A stretch of DNA of 64,000 nucleotides from Chrysomallon squamiferum (taxonomy: Eukaryota; Animalia; Mollusca). Both the position numbers and the translations under genes were made by a program. Shown here in pieces: positions 46,173 through 59,976 of this stretch (its first letter is position 1; every line of letters begins with the position of its first letter). Below the pieces are notes generated by a model. It was not told the DNA's origin, made no database searches, and was given only the letters and a program-made list of their open reading frames with translations. The DNA lies in contig CM022666.1 of the NCBI GenBank assembly GCA_012295275.1, forward strand, positions 13,206,001 to 13,270,000. Reading direction: 5' to 3'.

Positions 46173-46629
46173 TATGCTTACTTGTTTCTGCTGACATTCA
46201 GTTAAAGCTGTATGCATAGTGAATATCAGATTACCACACAAAAATATCGGTTAATATGTTAGTAGGTTAGTAGGTAAGTGATGAAGATGGGGAAAATGGC
46301 CTTGACCTTTAGTTCTTCACACTGTGTCGTTTGAACCGACTTGCTGGTCTCTTAGCGGTAACTGCTGAACATGATAAGAAATTTAAAATTTAAATTTCTC
46401 AGATTGTTATATTGTATGTATGCACCAGCTCCCTGTGGTATTCTCAGCGTGCAGGTATTAGCATATGCATGTATGCTAATATGAACCATCTGTGACATAA
46501 ATTAACATTATGCACTTGTAGGTGAAAAATTAGCACATTCACGTGTTTATCTGACACCAGCTCGGTGTTAATTTCTCTGACTCTTAGGTACTTAAAAACA
46601 CTCTCAGGTTATTTTATTCTCTTTTTCCA

Positions 46630-47265
46630 TCTGTCTATCTGTCTGTATGTTTATCTGTTTATCTCTCTCTGTGGCTGTCTCTATATATATTTTAGTTTAT
46701 CTGTCTATATGTCTATCTATCTATCTCTGTATCTGTTTGTATATATTTCAGTTTATCTGTCTATCTGTCTATCTATCTCTGTATCTGTTTGTATATATTT
46801 CAGTTTATCTGTCTATCTGTTTATCTGTATCTATCTGTCTATCTATCTATCTCTGTATCTGTTTGTATATATTTCAGTTTATCTGTCTATCTGTCTGTCT
46901 ATCTATCTCTGTATCTGTTTGTGTATATATTTCAGTTTATCTATCTATCTGTCTATCTGTATCTATCTATCTGTCTATCTATCTATCTCTGTATCTGTAT
47001 ATATTTCAGTTTATCTGTCTATCTGTCTATCTATCTATCTGTCTATCTATCTGTCTATCTATCTGTCTATCTATCTATCTCTGTATCTGTTTGTGTATAT
47101 ATTTCAGTTTATCTGTCTATCTCTTTCTGTATCTGTCTCTATATATATTTCAATTTTTCTATCTGTCTATCTATCTGTATGTTTATCTATTTATCTCTCT
47201 CTGTCTGTCTGTCTCTATCTTTATTTCAGTTTATCTGTCTATCTATTTATCTATCCATCTATGTA

Positions 47266-47319
<54 letters not shown>

Positions 47320-47330
47320 TCTCTCTCGCT
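46630..47330. repeat. (TATC/TGTC)-derived ~50-60 bp minisatellite ending in (CT)n
   Basis: The landmark ATATATTTCAGTTTATCTGTCTATC recurs about 8 times within the tetranucleotide repeats. Confidence 0.9.
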
Positions 47331-48451
47331 CTCCATAAGTATATAAATATGTATGTTTGTCCGTGTATCTACCTATGCATATATTTATTTCCTTGTCTCT
47401 CTGACACTTTTCTGGAGAGATCATTAAAAAAAAAATAATAATAATAATTCAAAAATTAAAAAAATAAACAAACAGTCAAATAAGCAAGCAAGCAAACAAA
47501 CAAACAAAGAAAAAAATAAATAAAACAAATAAAACTAAAAAAATAAATAAACGAACAAGCAAATAAAATAAAATAAAAAATAAATAAAATAAAATAACAA
47601 ACAATTCTGGCAGCAATAAGAACCGTATTTTCCAGAAACATGTAAGTGAACAGCGAAGTGTAATTATTTTTTGACGACGTTGTTTACGACGTTGTTTATG
47701 ACGGCAATATCCACTTGGAAGAGCATTTTCTTTGAATGGAAATTGATCTTTATTTATTTATTTCCAAAAGAGGAAACAAAATAAACTGGTTCTTAGTTGT
47801 TTGTGTGAAATATTCAGAATGGTTTCTCACGTATTGGCAGAAAGAAAAATAAATAAAAAGTTGATTTAGAGAAGAGAGATTACATTTAAAAAAAAAATAA
47901 TAATAATAATAATAATCAAGAATTTAGTGAAATTTTCTAAAATGACTTATAATTTCTCTGTTGTTCTTAAGATTTAATTAAAAATTAATATTAATTTTTC
48001 TTAGCATTTTCGGTTGGTCGTTTTTGATACTCTTTTTCTTGTTCTACTACTTCGATCCTTATATTATTAAAACAATAATAATTATTATATGTTTACCTAC
48101 TTCCTCATTTTTCTCTTGCTTATTATTTTTTTTTTTATTATTATTTTTTTTTTTTTTTTTTCATCTTTCCATTTTTGGGGGGCCTTTTTAGTTGATTTTT
48201 CTTTTCCTTTACTTCCTAATTTTTATGTTTTTCTCTTCATATTTCTTTTTCTTTTTCTCCATCTCCACAAAACAAGAAATATTTTTCATAAAATTAACTT
48301 TACATGCCGTTATTAGACAACATTTGTCAAAATGCACGTAAAAAAAAAAAAAAAAAAAAATGATCTACTTTCAGGAAAAACTGCTTTTATAAAAATCGAT
48401 TTACAAATATAACGTATATTTATGACAAGCTGTGACATATCAGATATAAAA

Positions 48452-48526
<75 letters not shown>

Positions 48527-50347
48527 TATATATATCAAGATATTTAGACACGTGTGTTGTAAAGAGTTTATAGTACATATATAGATTATAAATATCTCGT
48601 TTGAATTGTTAACCATTTTTATATATATATATATATACATACGTACATACACACGTAGGTGCATTGAAATTGTTTACGTACATGCATACACGCACGCACA
48701 CACACAAAGTAAACATAAAATCAGAAAAACATAACTACAAGTAACAAGTTTGATAAATAAACGTGTTTGCTAAAACTGAAATACACTTAGATGCGTTGTT
48801 GTTGTCGTCGTTGTTGTTGTTGTTGTTGTTTTGGGTGAATTTGCGTACGTGTGTTGTGTCGCGTATGTTGTGTATTTGTTGCTGTATAATTCGATATTAC
48901 TGTAGGGGGGGTGTTCGATCGAATCTTTGCGTATAATATAATATGGTGGCGCAATTTTGCCGTGTAATCTCGAATAATCTCGCGTAATCTCATGTTTTCC
49001 TGTGCAGTTATGACATTTTTTTTTTTATTATTATTTTTTTTTTTTCGTTTTATTTCGTCATTTATCGTGTTATTTCGTCTTTTATCGTGTTCCGTCGTAT
49101 AATCTCGTGCCTTCTCGTTATGTTCCGAGTCATATACATTCGTCTGTTCTCGAATCATATCGTGTTTTTGTCGGTTTTTTTTTTTTATTATTATTATTAT
49201 TTTCATGTTCTGTTGTATAATATCGTATTTTTCTTTTCTTGTTTCTCTTTTACCATTTCGTTTTTCTCGTGTGTTGTGCAGAATTGTTCAGTGACTTCAT
49301 TCAGACGTATAAATCAGTGTTTATTGTTTGTAACGTGACATTATATATTAAATCACAATTCATTATACATCATTCAGCGCCAGATTTCTCACTTCTGTCT
49401 AAAATGTTGTATTAAACCTTTAATATTAGAATACAATCTTTTTGACCTGACACAGAGACACAGACGCAGATAAACAGACACAAACACGCACATAAAGACA
49501 TGGACAGACATACGTATAGACACAAACACACATATACACACATACAGACTCAAACATGTACATATAATAAATATACTTCCGTCAGCGTACACAAACATGA
49601 CTTTATTTACAAAATTAACTTATAACGCAGTACAGTTAAATTAAAAATGGCTGCCTGTAATATTATCTCGTCAACTGACAGTATGTCCGACAGCGTCCTT
49701 GAACGTCTGGTATCGAAATCGAAGCATCAACTGGATAAAGACTAAACAAGAAAATCTTTTTTTCTTCTTCTTTTTCTTCTTCTTCTTCTTTTTCTTCTTC
49801 TTCTTCTTCTTCTTCTTCTTCTTCTTCTTCTTCTTTTTCTTTCATTCAGTAACATTTGTAGTGCCAGTACTTTTCTCAAAAGATGTTTCCGAGTGCCGTT
49901 GGTGAAGGTGAAGGTCGTGCTGTATTTTCGAAATCGATCGACAAACAAATAAGTCCGGGGAGTTCAAGATTAATGTGTTCGATTTACTGAAAGAAGGCAA
50001 GGAAGTAAAAAGGGCGAATTTGAGTGTCGTTTAAATACGTCTCACCGATGTTCGGAGTAACTGCTGAAAGCCAATCGAACGTACTCCTACGACTGCCAGC
50101 TGCGATAAACTAAATTTTCAATTTGCATTCCGTTCTTTATTTTAGAACGAAAACGTAACTGAATAACAATAACAACAACAACAGTAGTGGTAGTAATAAT
50201 AATAATAGTAATAATAATAATAATAATAAAATGAAGACAATGATGATTATGACAATAAATACTAATTAAAAAAATATATATTCTCAACAACCACAAAACC
50301 GTAAGAATTTACTGAATGCTGTGATAAAGAATAAGCAAACAACAACG

Positions 50348-50439
<92 letters not shown>

Positions 50440-51229
50440 CATCCATTTATATTCAAACTTTAATTTAAAGGGAGCAGTCAGTCGTTACATTTCTTTTTCT
50501 TTATGGAGAACAGACCTATTTTTTTTCGCGCCAGTTTCGTAGAATCGTCCCATACTTCTTTCATCCAATCAGCGTTCAGTAAAACTCGCACGAGATATAA
50601 AACTAATTAGTAAAACACAGACACTTTCTGTCTGGAGAAGAGAGCAAATAACGATCTGAAACCGTCTGCTAAATTAGGAACAGTAATAAGTGAGTTTCCC
50701 CTGTAACTTTTTCCTTTATTTGTGTGTCAGTCAACGCCAAATTGAGTCCACGATGCTGTTGCCAAGTTGAATACGTTTTTGCGAACATCTCCTTGTCAGA
50801 ATTAATGGCCATTGAAAAAATATGTGTGTGCTGACAGTAAACTCTCTTTTCGTATTATTACATATAAAAACAGTTATTACTGTATGCATGAAAAGGTGTT
50901 ACTGAACAGCGGTTTGATCTCCAGTAATGTAAAACCAACGTGCTGGACCACGTTGTTATTGTTGTTGTTTGTTGGTTGGTGGTGGTGCTGATGGTGATGA
51001 GGTTGTAGTGTTCTGATACAAGGGTTAATAAAATCGCTATCTTATTCATTGATTGTGTCTGGGTTTTTTTTTTGTCCATCTTGCTTTCTATCTATCTGTC
51101 TGTCTGTCTGTGTGTTTATATTTTATATATTTTAATTTACCTGTCAGCCAGTCAGTCAGTAAAAGAATCGAACTGCTAATCCATCCATCCATCCATCCAT
51201 CCATCCATCTAATTGTCTATCTATCCATT

Positions 51230-51260
<31 letters not shown>

Positions 51261-51868
51261 ATCTATATCTATAGTTCTTTCTGTCTGTCTGACTGTCTAT
51301 CTGTCTGTTTGTCCACACATGAGTGAATATGTTTATCTATTTATCGATCAGTCTATCTGTCTATCAGTATAACAGCTTAGCAAACACATGTATACACACA
51401 CAGATACATACACACAATACACACACACACTGTGTTATTAGTGTTATTATTATGTCTCGCCCTCTGTTTTCATGTCGTCTGCACTCGCGGATCAAAGAGC
51501 GACTGGCACTTTAAACTGAATATTAAATTCAATTTCTCTCAGGTTTCCAAATTATTTTACGACAGTCGTAAATTGGCTCAAGCGACATTTACCCTGGCTA
51601 ACGATCTTCCAGCCTGTGGCCACACCAGAGAGATACGTCTGCTGGTCCGCGAGGCAGGCTCTCTCGTTTCTTGTACAAATACAAAAGTGTTTGTCGAAAC
51701 AAGGATTCTGCTTCAAATTAACCGAGAACAGCCCAGGGAATCTGTGGGGTATTTATTCTGTGAATTTCCAGGCTTATTTCGAGAACAAACACGAGGAGCA
51801 AAAAAAAAAAAAAAATGGAGCGAGCAGACGAAGCGATGACCGTACGAAATAAAAACGAATTATGGAAT

Positions 51869-51920
<52 letters not shown>

Positions 51921-52079
51921 AGGAATTGCAATAAATCTTGAATAATTTGTAGGTCATCTTTGAATCAATAATGTGTGTACTTGAAGTAATGTTCGATCAG
52001 ATCATGCGGTCATTACTGGTGTAATGAAGGATCCGTCGGAATATATGAAATGTCGATGGTCTGTCAAGATAGAAGAGCC

Positions 52080-52320
52080 TGCCTTGTACTGTGCTGTGTG
52101 GCGTTTCTCGTAATTCAAAGTGGTTGCCTTGTGCTAAATTATATGCCGCGTCTGATAATGTTAACGTGGTTGCACTGCACTAAATCATGTTCCCGATCTG
52201 GTAAAGTTAACTTGGTTATCTTATACAGCATTATTTTTCAGTATCTGATAATGGTAGCATGGTTGTCTTGTACTAAACCATGCTCCGTATCCGATAATGT
52301 TAACGTGGTCCTTGCAATGA
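52080..52320. repeat. Degenerate ~45-bp tandem repeat
   Basis: (T/C)GATAATGTTAACGTGGT.. / CTAAA(T/C)CATG variants recur 4-5 times. Confidence 0.6.
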
Positions 52321-52340
52321 TTTATATTTCACAACTGAAA

Positions 52341-52576
<236 letters not shown>

Positions 52577-52899
52577 GTTTCATTCCTTTTCTTTTTCAGC
52601 TTTAATATTATTTGCGTTTCTCGTTTTAATTTTCAATTTTCTTGAATTTTTTCTTTAATTTCTATATTTATAACTATTTTTTTAAATTCCATTTCTGTTC
52701 GCTGTAGAATAACGTTTAATTAATGAGTGGTGTTTTTCTGAAAGAAAAATAATTTTATTTACACTGAAGAAAAAATCAATCAGTAATAGCGGGTTAAGTA
52801 AAGGTTAAATGTGAGTGTGGCTTTGCTAAAACTGCTGATTAAGCGATTTTTTGAAATGACATTGCATTTTGGTTTAACTCGAGAACAAAAATCGTGATG

Positions 52900-53760
52900 T
52901 TATATAAAGAATATATTTTTAGTTTTGACGCATGCGTGGGACTCAATCAGTGTTTCTAATCGTATTTACGTCACAACAAAAATAAAATAGTTTTAAAAAT
53001 GCATCGTGTAGGTACACCCTTCCTTTTTTGTTCCAGTTATTTCCCTTATGGTTAAAGATCGGCGACAACTTTATTAAAGTCTAATCTATGTGATTTTTTT
53101 TTTGTCTGTCTTTCCATTCATGTGAATCGATCTCACGACCCAGCGCGTGTTAAAATAAAACGGCGGATTACAAAAAAAAACGTGATCAGATCAGTACGTC
53201 GTCGAACAAAACATTTTCCGTTCTGTTACACATTACTCATTTAAACCGTGCAGTGCCAGGAACAACAAAACACAACCTGTAAAGACTCTTTTTGTCCTCC
53301 TCGTTCTTTGGACCAGTCTGTGTAGTCTGAGTGTCGTTCGCTGCGTAGCGTGCGCGTGTTTTTGCAGTTCTGTCGTGAAAAGAAATGAACGATCGAACGA
53401 ACCGCCCCCCCCCCGCCCGCCCGCCGTTACCAAACGTTCATTGTCGCCACTCCTGTTGTAACTCCGCGTCGGCTACGTATTCAGAATCGCTTATCGCCGT
53501 CGTGTCTTTGACAGTCTATTTCCATTTCATTGTCGACGTTTCTTTAGCCAAAGTAGAAATCGCGGGTCGTTCCCAGGCCAGTAAACAAAGGCCTCGTTAT
53601 CACCCTCGTAGAAAACAGAGCGAAAAACAGCGAGACCTTGGCCGCCATTTTTTTTTTCTTCTTCTTCTTCTTCTTTTCTAATCTCCTACCTTGTTCGCGA
53701 CAGTTATAGTGATTTATTACTTCCTGCTGGTGTTGTTGTTGGTGACGTCGGTGTTGCTTT
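52900..53760. promoter_or_regulatory. CpG-rich promoter-like island
   Basis: Appears to be the most CpG-dense stretch by eye. It contains ACGCATGCGT (52928-52937; NRF1-like palindrome), stacked CCGCCC boxes (53402-53425) and GCCGCCATTTT (53641-53651; YY1 consensus). Confidence 0.45.
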
Positions 53761-54050
53761 AAGGTACCAGTTTGTGAATGTTGTTGACAACGTATTAAAA
53801 AAATTTTTGGTGTGTGCGTGCTTTCCTGCCTGTGTGTGTGTGTGTGTAATAATTATATGGCTGTTACAATAAGAATTTGATTTTTTATTTTTTTTCCTCC
53901 GTCATCTTGTAAATCGTTGATGTTCGTTATGATCACGACAACGACGTCGGCGACGAGAGACAGAAAAAGAGACAAACGGACAAAACAAAAAAGAGAGAGT
54001 CGGCGAGACGAAGAAATAGAGACTCTGAAAGAGAAGCAAACAGAGACAAC

Positions 54051-54117
<67 letters not shown>

Positions 54118-54692
54118 AGCACCACAAAATCCACTATTAATATTATTTTTTGTTTCAAGGTGATTTCCGTACTGATTTATTACATTTAACGGCTCCAGTG
54201 TTTGCTTCATGGCAAAAAAACATAAATGAAAATTAGTTTAGAACGATCCGTTACATACTCAATTATACCCAAGATGTGGCGCACAAAACAAACAAATTAA
54301 TTACATCAGATTTACTTAACTTCGTGAAACAGAGAAAACAAAAAATAATGACAAATAAAGTTCACATTCAGGAAAAACGCCCTGACCGGATATTGCATAT
54401 AAAAGTTAGAAAATTACTTCCGGTGGACGTATTTTCGTGTAATTTCTTACATCGTTCTCGGTGTAATAATTTCACTTTGTTGTCGCTGCTGCTGTAATAA
54501 ATGTTAACAGGTTCACAAGGACAACGGTGTCAACGTTTTACGTGCTGTTAACTGACGTTGTGGTTGTCTCTGCTGACGGATCAATAGTTAAATAATGTTA
54601 ACGATAATTAGAAGAAATTGAAAATTGAATAAAATTGTTGCTATTATTATTTTATATTTTTTTTAACGAATAATATTAATAATAATAATAAC

Positions 54693-54748
<56 letters not shown>

Positions 54749-54839
54749 TGATGATAATGATAATAACACAACAACACCTCCAACAACAACAGTAACAGCG
54801 ATATGAATTATTTTTACTGGGGAAAGATAACTCAACAAC

Positions 54840-55410
54840 TGCTACTTACTACTACTACTACTACTGCTACAATTACTACTATTGCTTCTACTATACTGCT
54901 ACTACTACTACTTTACTATTGCTGTGACTACTACTGCTACTAGTACTACTACTACTTCTCCACTTTTGCTTATAATACTTCTGTTACTACAACAGCAATT
55001 ACAACTGCCACTGCCACTACGAATAGTACTAGTATTTTTATTAACAACTACTATTACTACTAATAATATGAACACTAATACTATTACCAGTACTAGTGTT
55101 GCTACTACAATTACAACTACTACTACTGATTCTAACACTATTATTATTAATAATACTATTACCATTACTACTACTCTACTACTACTATTACCAGTACTAG
55201 TGTTGCTACTACAATTACAACTACTACTACTGATTCTGACACTATTATTATTACTGCTACTACTTCTATTACTACTACTATTACCACCACCACCACAACC
55301 ACCACCACCACTACTACTACTATTGTTATTAATACCATTACAACAGCAACTACTTGTTAATGTTACTACTATTACTATTACAACGACTACAGCTACTAAC
55401 ACTAATACTT
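54840..55410. repeat. Degenerate (ACT)n low-complexity tract with an internal ~50-bp duplication
   Basis: ATTACCAGTACTAGTGTTGCTACTACAATTACAACTACTACTACTGATTCT occurs at ~55083 and ~55187. Confidence 0.85.
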
Positions 55411-56109
55411 TCGTTAATGCTTCTTCTCATTTAAATAAATAAAATACACAATTGCCGGCGATCAAACCGCTACCAATACAAACTGCGGTCGTCACCAGGC
55501 ATTTAGCGCCTGAACTTTTCGCACGGTACTCGAAGTTAATCCGCAGGCTTTTAATGCATTAATTTAGTATCTATCTGTAGCATAGCTTGCAGTCGGTGAC
55601 ATTTAGCATTCTGCTGCCATCGCTTAGTGCATCGCGTTTTACAGTGTAGCAGCGGTCACGTGACTGTAGTAGAACGACATCTGGTGAATGGACAATGAAC
55701 GTTTGATTGTGAGGTATATATTGTTAAATGAGATTGCCGTGTAACTGAACGCAGTTGGGTAAAAGATCGGGGTGTGGTCTCATTGTCAGGGTTGGGAAAT
55801 TGGAATGACTTTTCTGTGTGATTTTTTATAGTGTAATACAATATATTGTATAATTTCACATATACGTACACACACATACACACTCACACACATACAAAAG
55901 GCACTCACACACATACAGACACACACACTTACAAACGCACTCACACACACACACCCATACACACACCCATACACAAACAAACATACACACACACACAAAC
56001 ACATAAGCTCACAAATGCACACTCACATACATACATACACAGGATTTGGGAACTATCATATAATCCTATGTGATTATTCTTTCGTATTATTATCAATTTT
56101 GTTTTCGTT

Positions 56110-56490
56110 TTTGTATAAGTGGTGCGCAAACCTGTATTTAGTATCGTAATAATATTGGATAAAAAATACCTAAAATGATATGATATTCACTTTTGCGTTA
56201 GAATTGTTTAATATTCAGTTGTATGAAAATGCGCAAAGTAGCATTTAATACTGCATTTTTACTGTGTAAAACTTTGTTTATGTCGTATAAGGAATGCGTA
56301 AAATGTATTTTAAAACGTATAAAACATATACTGTATGTTGCATAAGAAATGTGTATAAGCTCTATATTTTACATTGTATAAAAATGCGTAAAATTCTATT
56401 ACATTTTGTACAAAAAAATGCGTAAACTCGTATTTGATGCTTGTACAAGAAATTCGGAAGGCTGTGTGTTGTATGAGAAATGCTTGAAGC
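56110..56490. repeat. Degenerate ~35-bp tandem repeat
   Basis: TGTAT(A/G)A(G/A)AAATGCG(T/C)AAA recurs about 8 times with divergence. Confidence 0.65.
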
Positions 56491-57129
56491 CTTTCAGACA
56501 GTCGCCTCACTCGAACTAACGCAAAGCGAGATTCAATAACCACTTGTTTTTCTCTTGTATTGTTTACTGTACACACGGAATCGTCTTTGTAAACTTAATC
56601 CGCATTTCTGATTGATTTATTGAATTTGTCGTCTGTTTGTGTCGCACGAAGACAATTTCGTTTATCAATTTCGTTTGTCAATTTCGCACGTGTCAATTTA
56701 TTTTTCGCGACAATAAACTGCTCTTGTGAATGCGCTTCAAGAAACGCATCCTTTTGAGATGCAAACAAATAAATTCCCTTTAATAATTTCCCTTTCAACT
56801 GTCGACCGTGTTGTGTTCTGTGTTGATTTACAAATGGCGCGTGTTTATTTATTGCGTAATTAATTCTGTCGATATCGCGTTTACGTGACATGCTTTTGAA
56901 AACTAAATAAATGGGTTTTAATGAAGGAATGTGGAAGAGGAAGGAAGAACATTAGAGGCCTATTTAAGGAAAACGAAAATAAATGTGGGAAAAAAACAAC
57001 AACAACAGATAAAGGAAATGACGTTTAAAATAAAATGAAGGAATAAATACAGTTGGACATGTAGGTTGATGATGATGATGATGATGATAATGATGATGAT
57101 GATAAACAAATATGTAAAATATTAGGTAT

Positions 57130-57245
57130 GATAGGTTGCAGGATCAATCCTGGTAGGTTCTGCTATTTTATTTTTCCCGTTCCAGTCAATGCTCCATGAC
57201 TGTTTTATTAAAGATCTTAGTACATACCTTCCTACATGTTTGTAC
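57130..57245 (+). mobile_element. Decayed SINE fragment resembling a common gastropod SINE body
   Basis: B-box-like GGATCAATCC is followed by GCTATTT...CGTTCCAGTCAATGCTCCATGACTG...AAAG. This resembles, from memory and not from a search, a molluscan SINE segment CGTTCCAGCCAGTGCTCCACGACTGG...AAAGG. Confidence 0.45.
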
Positions 57246-57297
<52 letters not shown>

Positions 57298-57365
57298 CTC
57301 ACACACGTACAAACACATACAGACATACATACATGCATATATACATCTATATATATATATATACA

Positions 57366-57406
<41 letters not shown>

Positions 57407-57884
57407 ACACATATATACAAACATATATATATATCTATACATACAGACATACATACATATATAATACATAACTGCACATATGTACATACATCCACGCATA
57501 CGTACATACACACATAAAAATGTACACACACGAACACACACACACACACACACACACACACTCAGACGAACTTACTTCAGTGCATCGTAATGGATTACGC
57601 GAAATTCAGTTATCTGTTTCACAGACAGCTGAGAGGAATTCGATCTGTGGTATCGATTCCTGATCGACGCACAGACTTCAAACGTGTGTATGACTTGTCA
57701 GGGAGATAATTACATACAACAATTTCAGAGAAATTACAGAACTCGACTTCAAAAGCGTTTTTTACACAAGCGATCATAACGAACCGTCACCATGGTTACT
57801 GGTTATATGTAATGTGTTATGTAATGTTGTTGACTTCGTTAATAAAATAAGTGACAAATTGTTTTAGGTTAAACGGTAGTAATT

Positions 57885-58283
57885 CTGGCGTGGTGGTGGA
57901 GGTGGTGGTAGAAATGGAAGTAGTTGTAGTAGTAGTAGTGATGTTGGTGATTGTATGTAAATACAGAAACAAAGTTGTAGTAGCAGTTGTGGTAGCAGCA
58001 GCAGCAGTATAGTTGTAATCGTAACAGTAGTAGAAGCTGTTGTGATATTAGTAATAATAGCTGTAGTAGTAGCAAAAAAAAATAGTAGTAGTAGCAGTAG
58101 CAGCAGTAGTAGTAGTAGTAATGGTAACTGTAGTAGTAGTAGGAGCAGCAGCACTAGTAATAGTAGTAATAACAGCATCAACAGTACTAGTAGTAGCAGT
58201 AGTAGTAATAATAGTAGTAGTAGTAGTAGTAGTAATAGCAGCACCAATACTGGTGGTGGTCGTAGTCAGTAGTGTTAGTAGTT

Positions 58284-58330
<47 letters not shown>
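57885..58330. repeat. Degenerate to perfect (AGT/AGC)n tract
   Basis: Direct reading. Confidence 0.9.
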
Positions 58331-58331
<1 letters not shown>

Positions 58332-58611
58332 CAACACATTCTTAGTGACAATACGTTTTACATTATTAAAGACTTTGTCATACCTAAGTCAAAACTCCAC
58401 GTCTAAAGACAAATCTGTCAGTTAAACTGATTTCTAGAGTGATGAAAATAAAAAAACAATTTTACATTTTTAAAGGCGCTGTCAAACCAGACGATTCCAT
58501 GTGATTACTCATAGTGCTACTGACACAGATGTAGAAATCTTAAAGCATAAATTTGAGATTTTAAATTTTTTATCCTGGGGTCACTGGGGTAAGGTCAGCC
58601 AGCCCAACAGA

Positions 58612-58680
58612 TGCTGTGGAGAGATTCGATCCTGTGTCCTTTCAAGTCTCAGTTCCAGACTTTAACCAGTGAGGAACAAC
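58612..58680 (-). mobile_element. Decayed tRNA-derived SINE head
   Basis: The minus strand reads CTCACTGGTTAAAGTCTGGAACTGAGACTTGAAAGGACACAGGATCGAATCTCTCC, with A-box-like and B-box-like motifs at tRNA spacing. Confidence 0.45.
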
Positions 58681-58981
58681 CCATCAGTTTATTTCTTTGT
58701 TTTTCCCTGATAATATATTTTTGGGGCTTTCTAGGGTTTTTAAAAAAATGTCAAATCATGAGGGAACTTTTGAAAGAATTATAATCATGTTAACCAAATG
58801 ATCTTGCGTATGTTCCTAAAATAACAAATAGAAAATTAGTAAGAAGAATCTCGAAGAACAATCCTTAGATAATGAGATTCATTTTTGACACAGTAAAATA
58901 TCGTAAAACACCAAAAGGAAAATCCTCACAAAGAAATATTTACTTTAAAAGATATACTAATAACAAAAAATTGAAAAAAAA

Positions 58982-59013
<32 letters not shown>

Positions 59014-59149
59014 TAAAAAAAAAAATGAAACAAAAAAATCCTATATCGTGAAGACAAACGTAAAAAAGGAGAATATTTAGAAAAACAGATAATAAAAAAA
59101 AACAATTTTGAGAAACAAACGCAAAATCTTGAGATAGTAAAAATATTAC

Positions 59150-59560
59150 GAATACCTAAGCCCCAAAATCTTGAGGACAATCCTAAAAATAGACAGTATT
59201 TATCAAGACGCAAAATCTCGCAGTAATCTTAAAATATTCTAAGACTTTAACCCCCAAAATCTTGAGGACAATCCTAAAAATAGACAGTATTTACCAAGAC
59301 GCAAAATCTCGCAGTAATCTTAAAATATTCTAAGACTTTAAGCCCCAAAATCTTGAGGACAATCCTAAAAATAGACAGTATTTACCAAGACGCAAAAATC
59401 TCGCAGTAATCTTAAAATATTCTAAGACTTTAACCCCCAAAATCTTGAGGACAATCCTAAAAATAGACAGTATTTACCAAGACGCAAAAATCTCGCAGTA
59501 ATCGTAAAATATTCTAAAACTTCTAAGCCCCAGAAACGTTGAGGACAGTCCTGGAATAGG
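59150..59560. repeat. ~91-bp tandem repeat, ~4.4 copies, with decayed copies upstream to ~58840
   Basis: CCCCAAAATCTTGAGGACAATCCTAAAAATAGACAGTATTTACCAAGACGCAAAA... starts at ~59161, 59252, 59343 and 59435, with a diverged copy at ~59528. Confidence 0.95.
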
Positions 59561-59976
59561 CAACACTTAGCGAAACGAAACGCTAATAAGAATTCTGGTG
59601 AACAGACTGTGAGCAGAAGCCCGCGGGAGACGCAACGCTTCAAACCACGGGACAAGACGGAAAGAGTTACTCGTTGTGGCGAAGCGGGGAATAGCGCTGA
59701 CCAAAAACCTTGCACAGATAATTGACAATTTGCATGTTTATTGCTTCGTTTGCAGAGCTGCATTGATCGCTTCAATATAATTACTGGCGTCGAGAATGCG
59801 ATTCCGCAAACCAAACCCACCACACAAACACACACACACACACACGAACACACACACACATACACACCAGATGTCGCTGCTTGCAACATTTTCATTTGGA
59901 ATGATTTAAGTTCCAAAATTTATATATATATATATTTTTTTTATTTTTTTTTTTGTTATTAAAAATAATTCTTATT

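Noticed and set aside
50380-50410. (AAT)n(ATT)n palindrome as a functional hairpin (similar case near 40270-40385)
   Set aside because: A trivial product of adjacent opposite-strand microsatellites, which are common throughout this window.
50464-50485. TTAAAGGG / TTAAAGGC starts (also ~58470) as MITE termini
   Set aside because: No matching inverted terminus was found nearby by eye.
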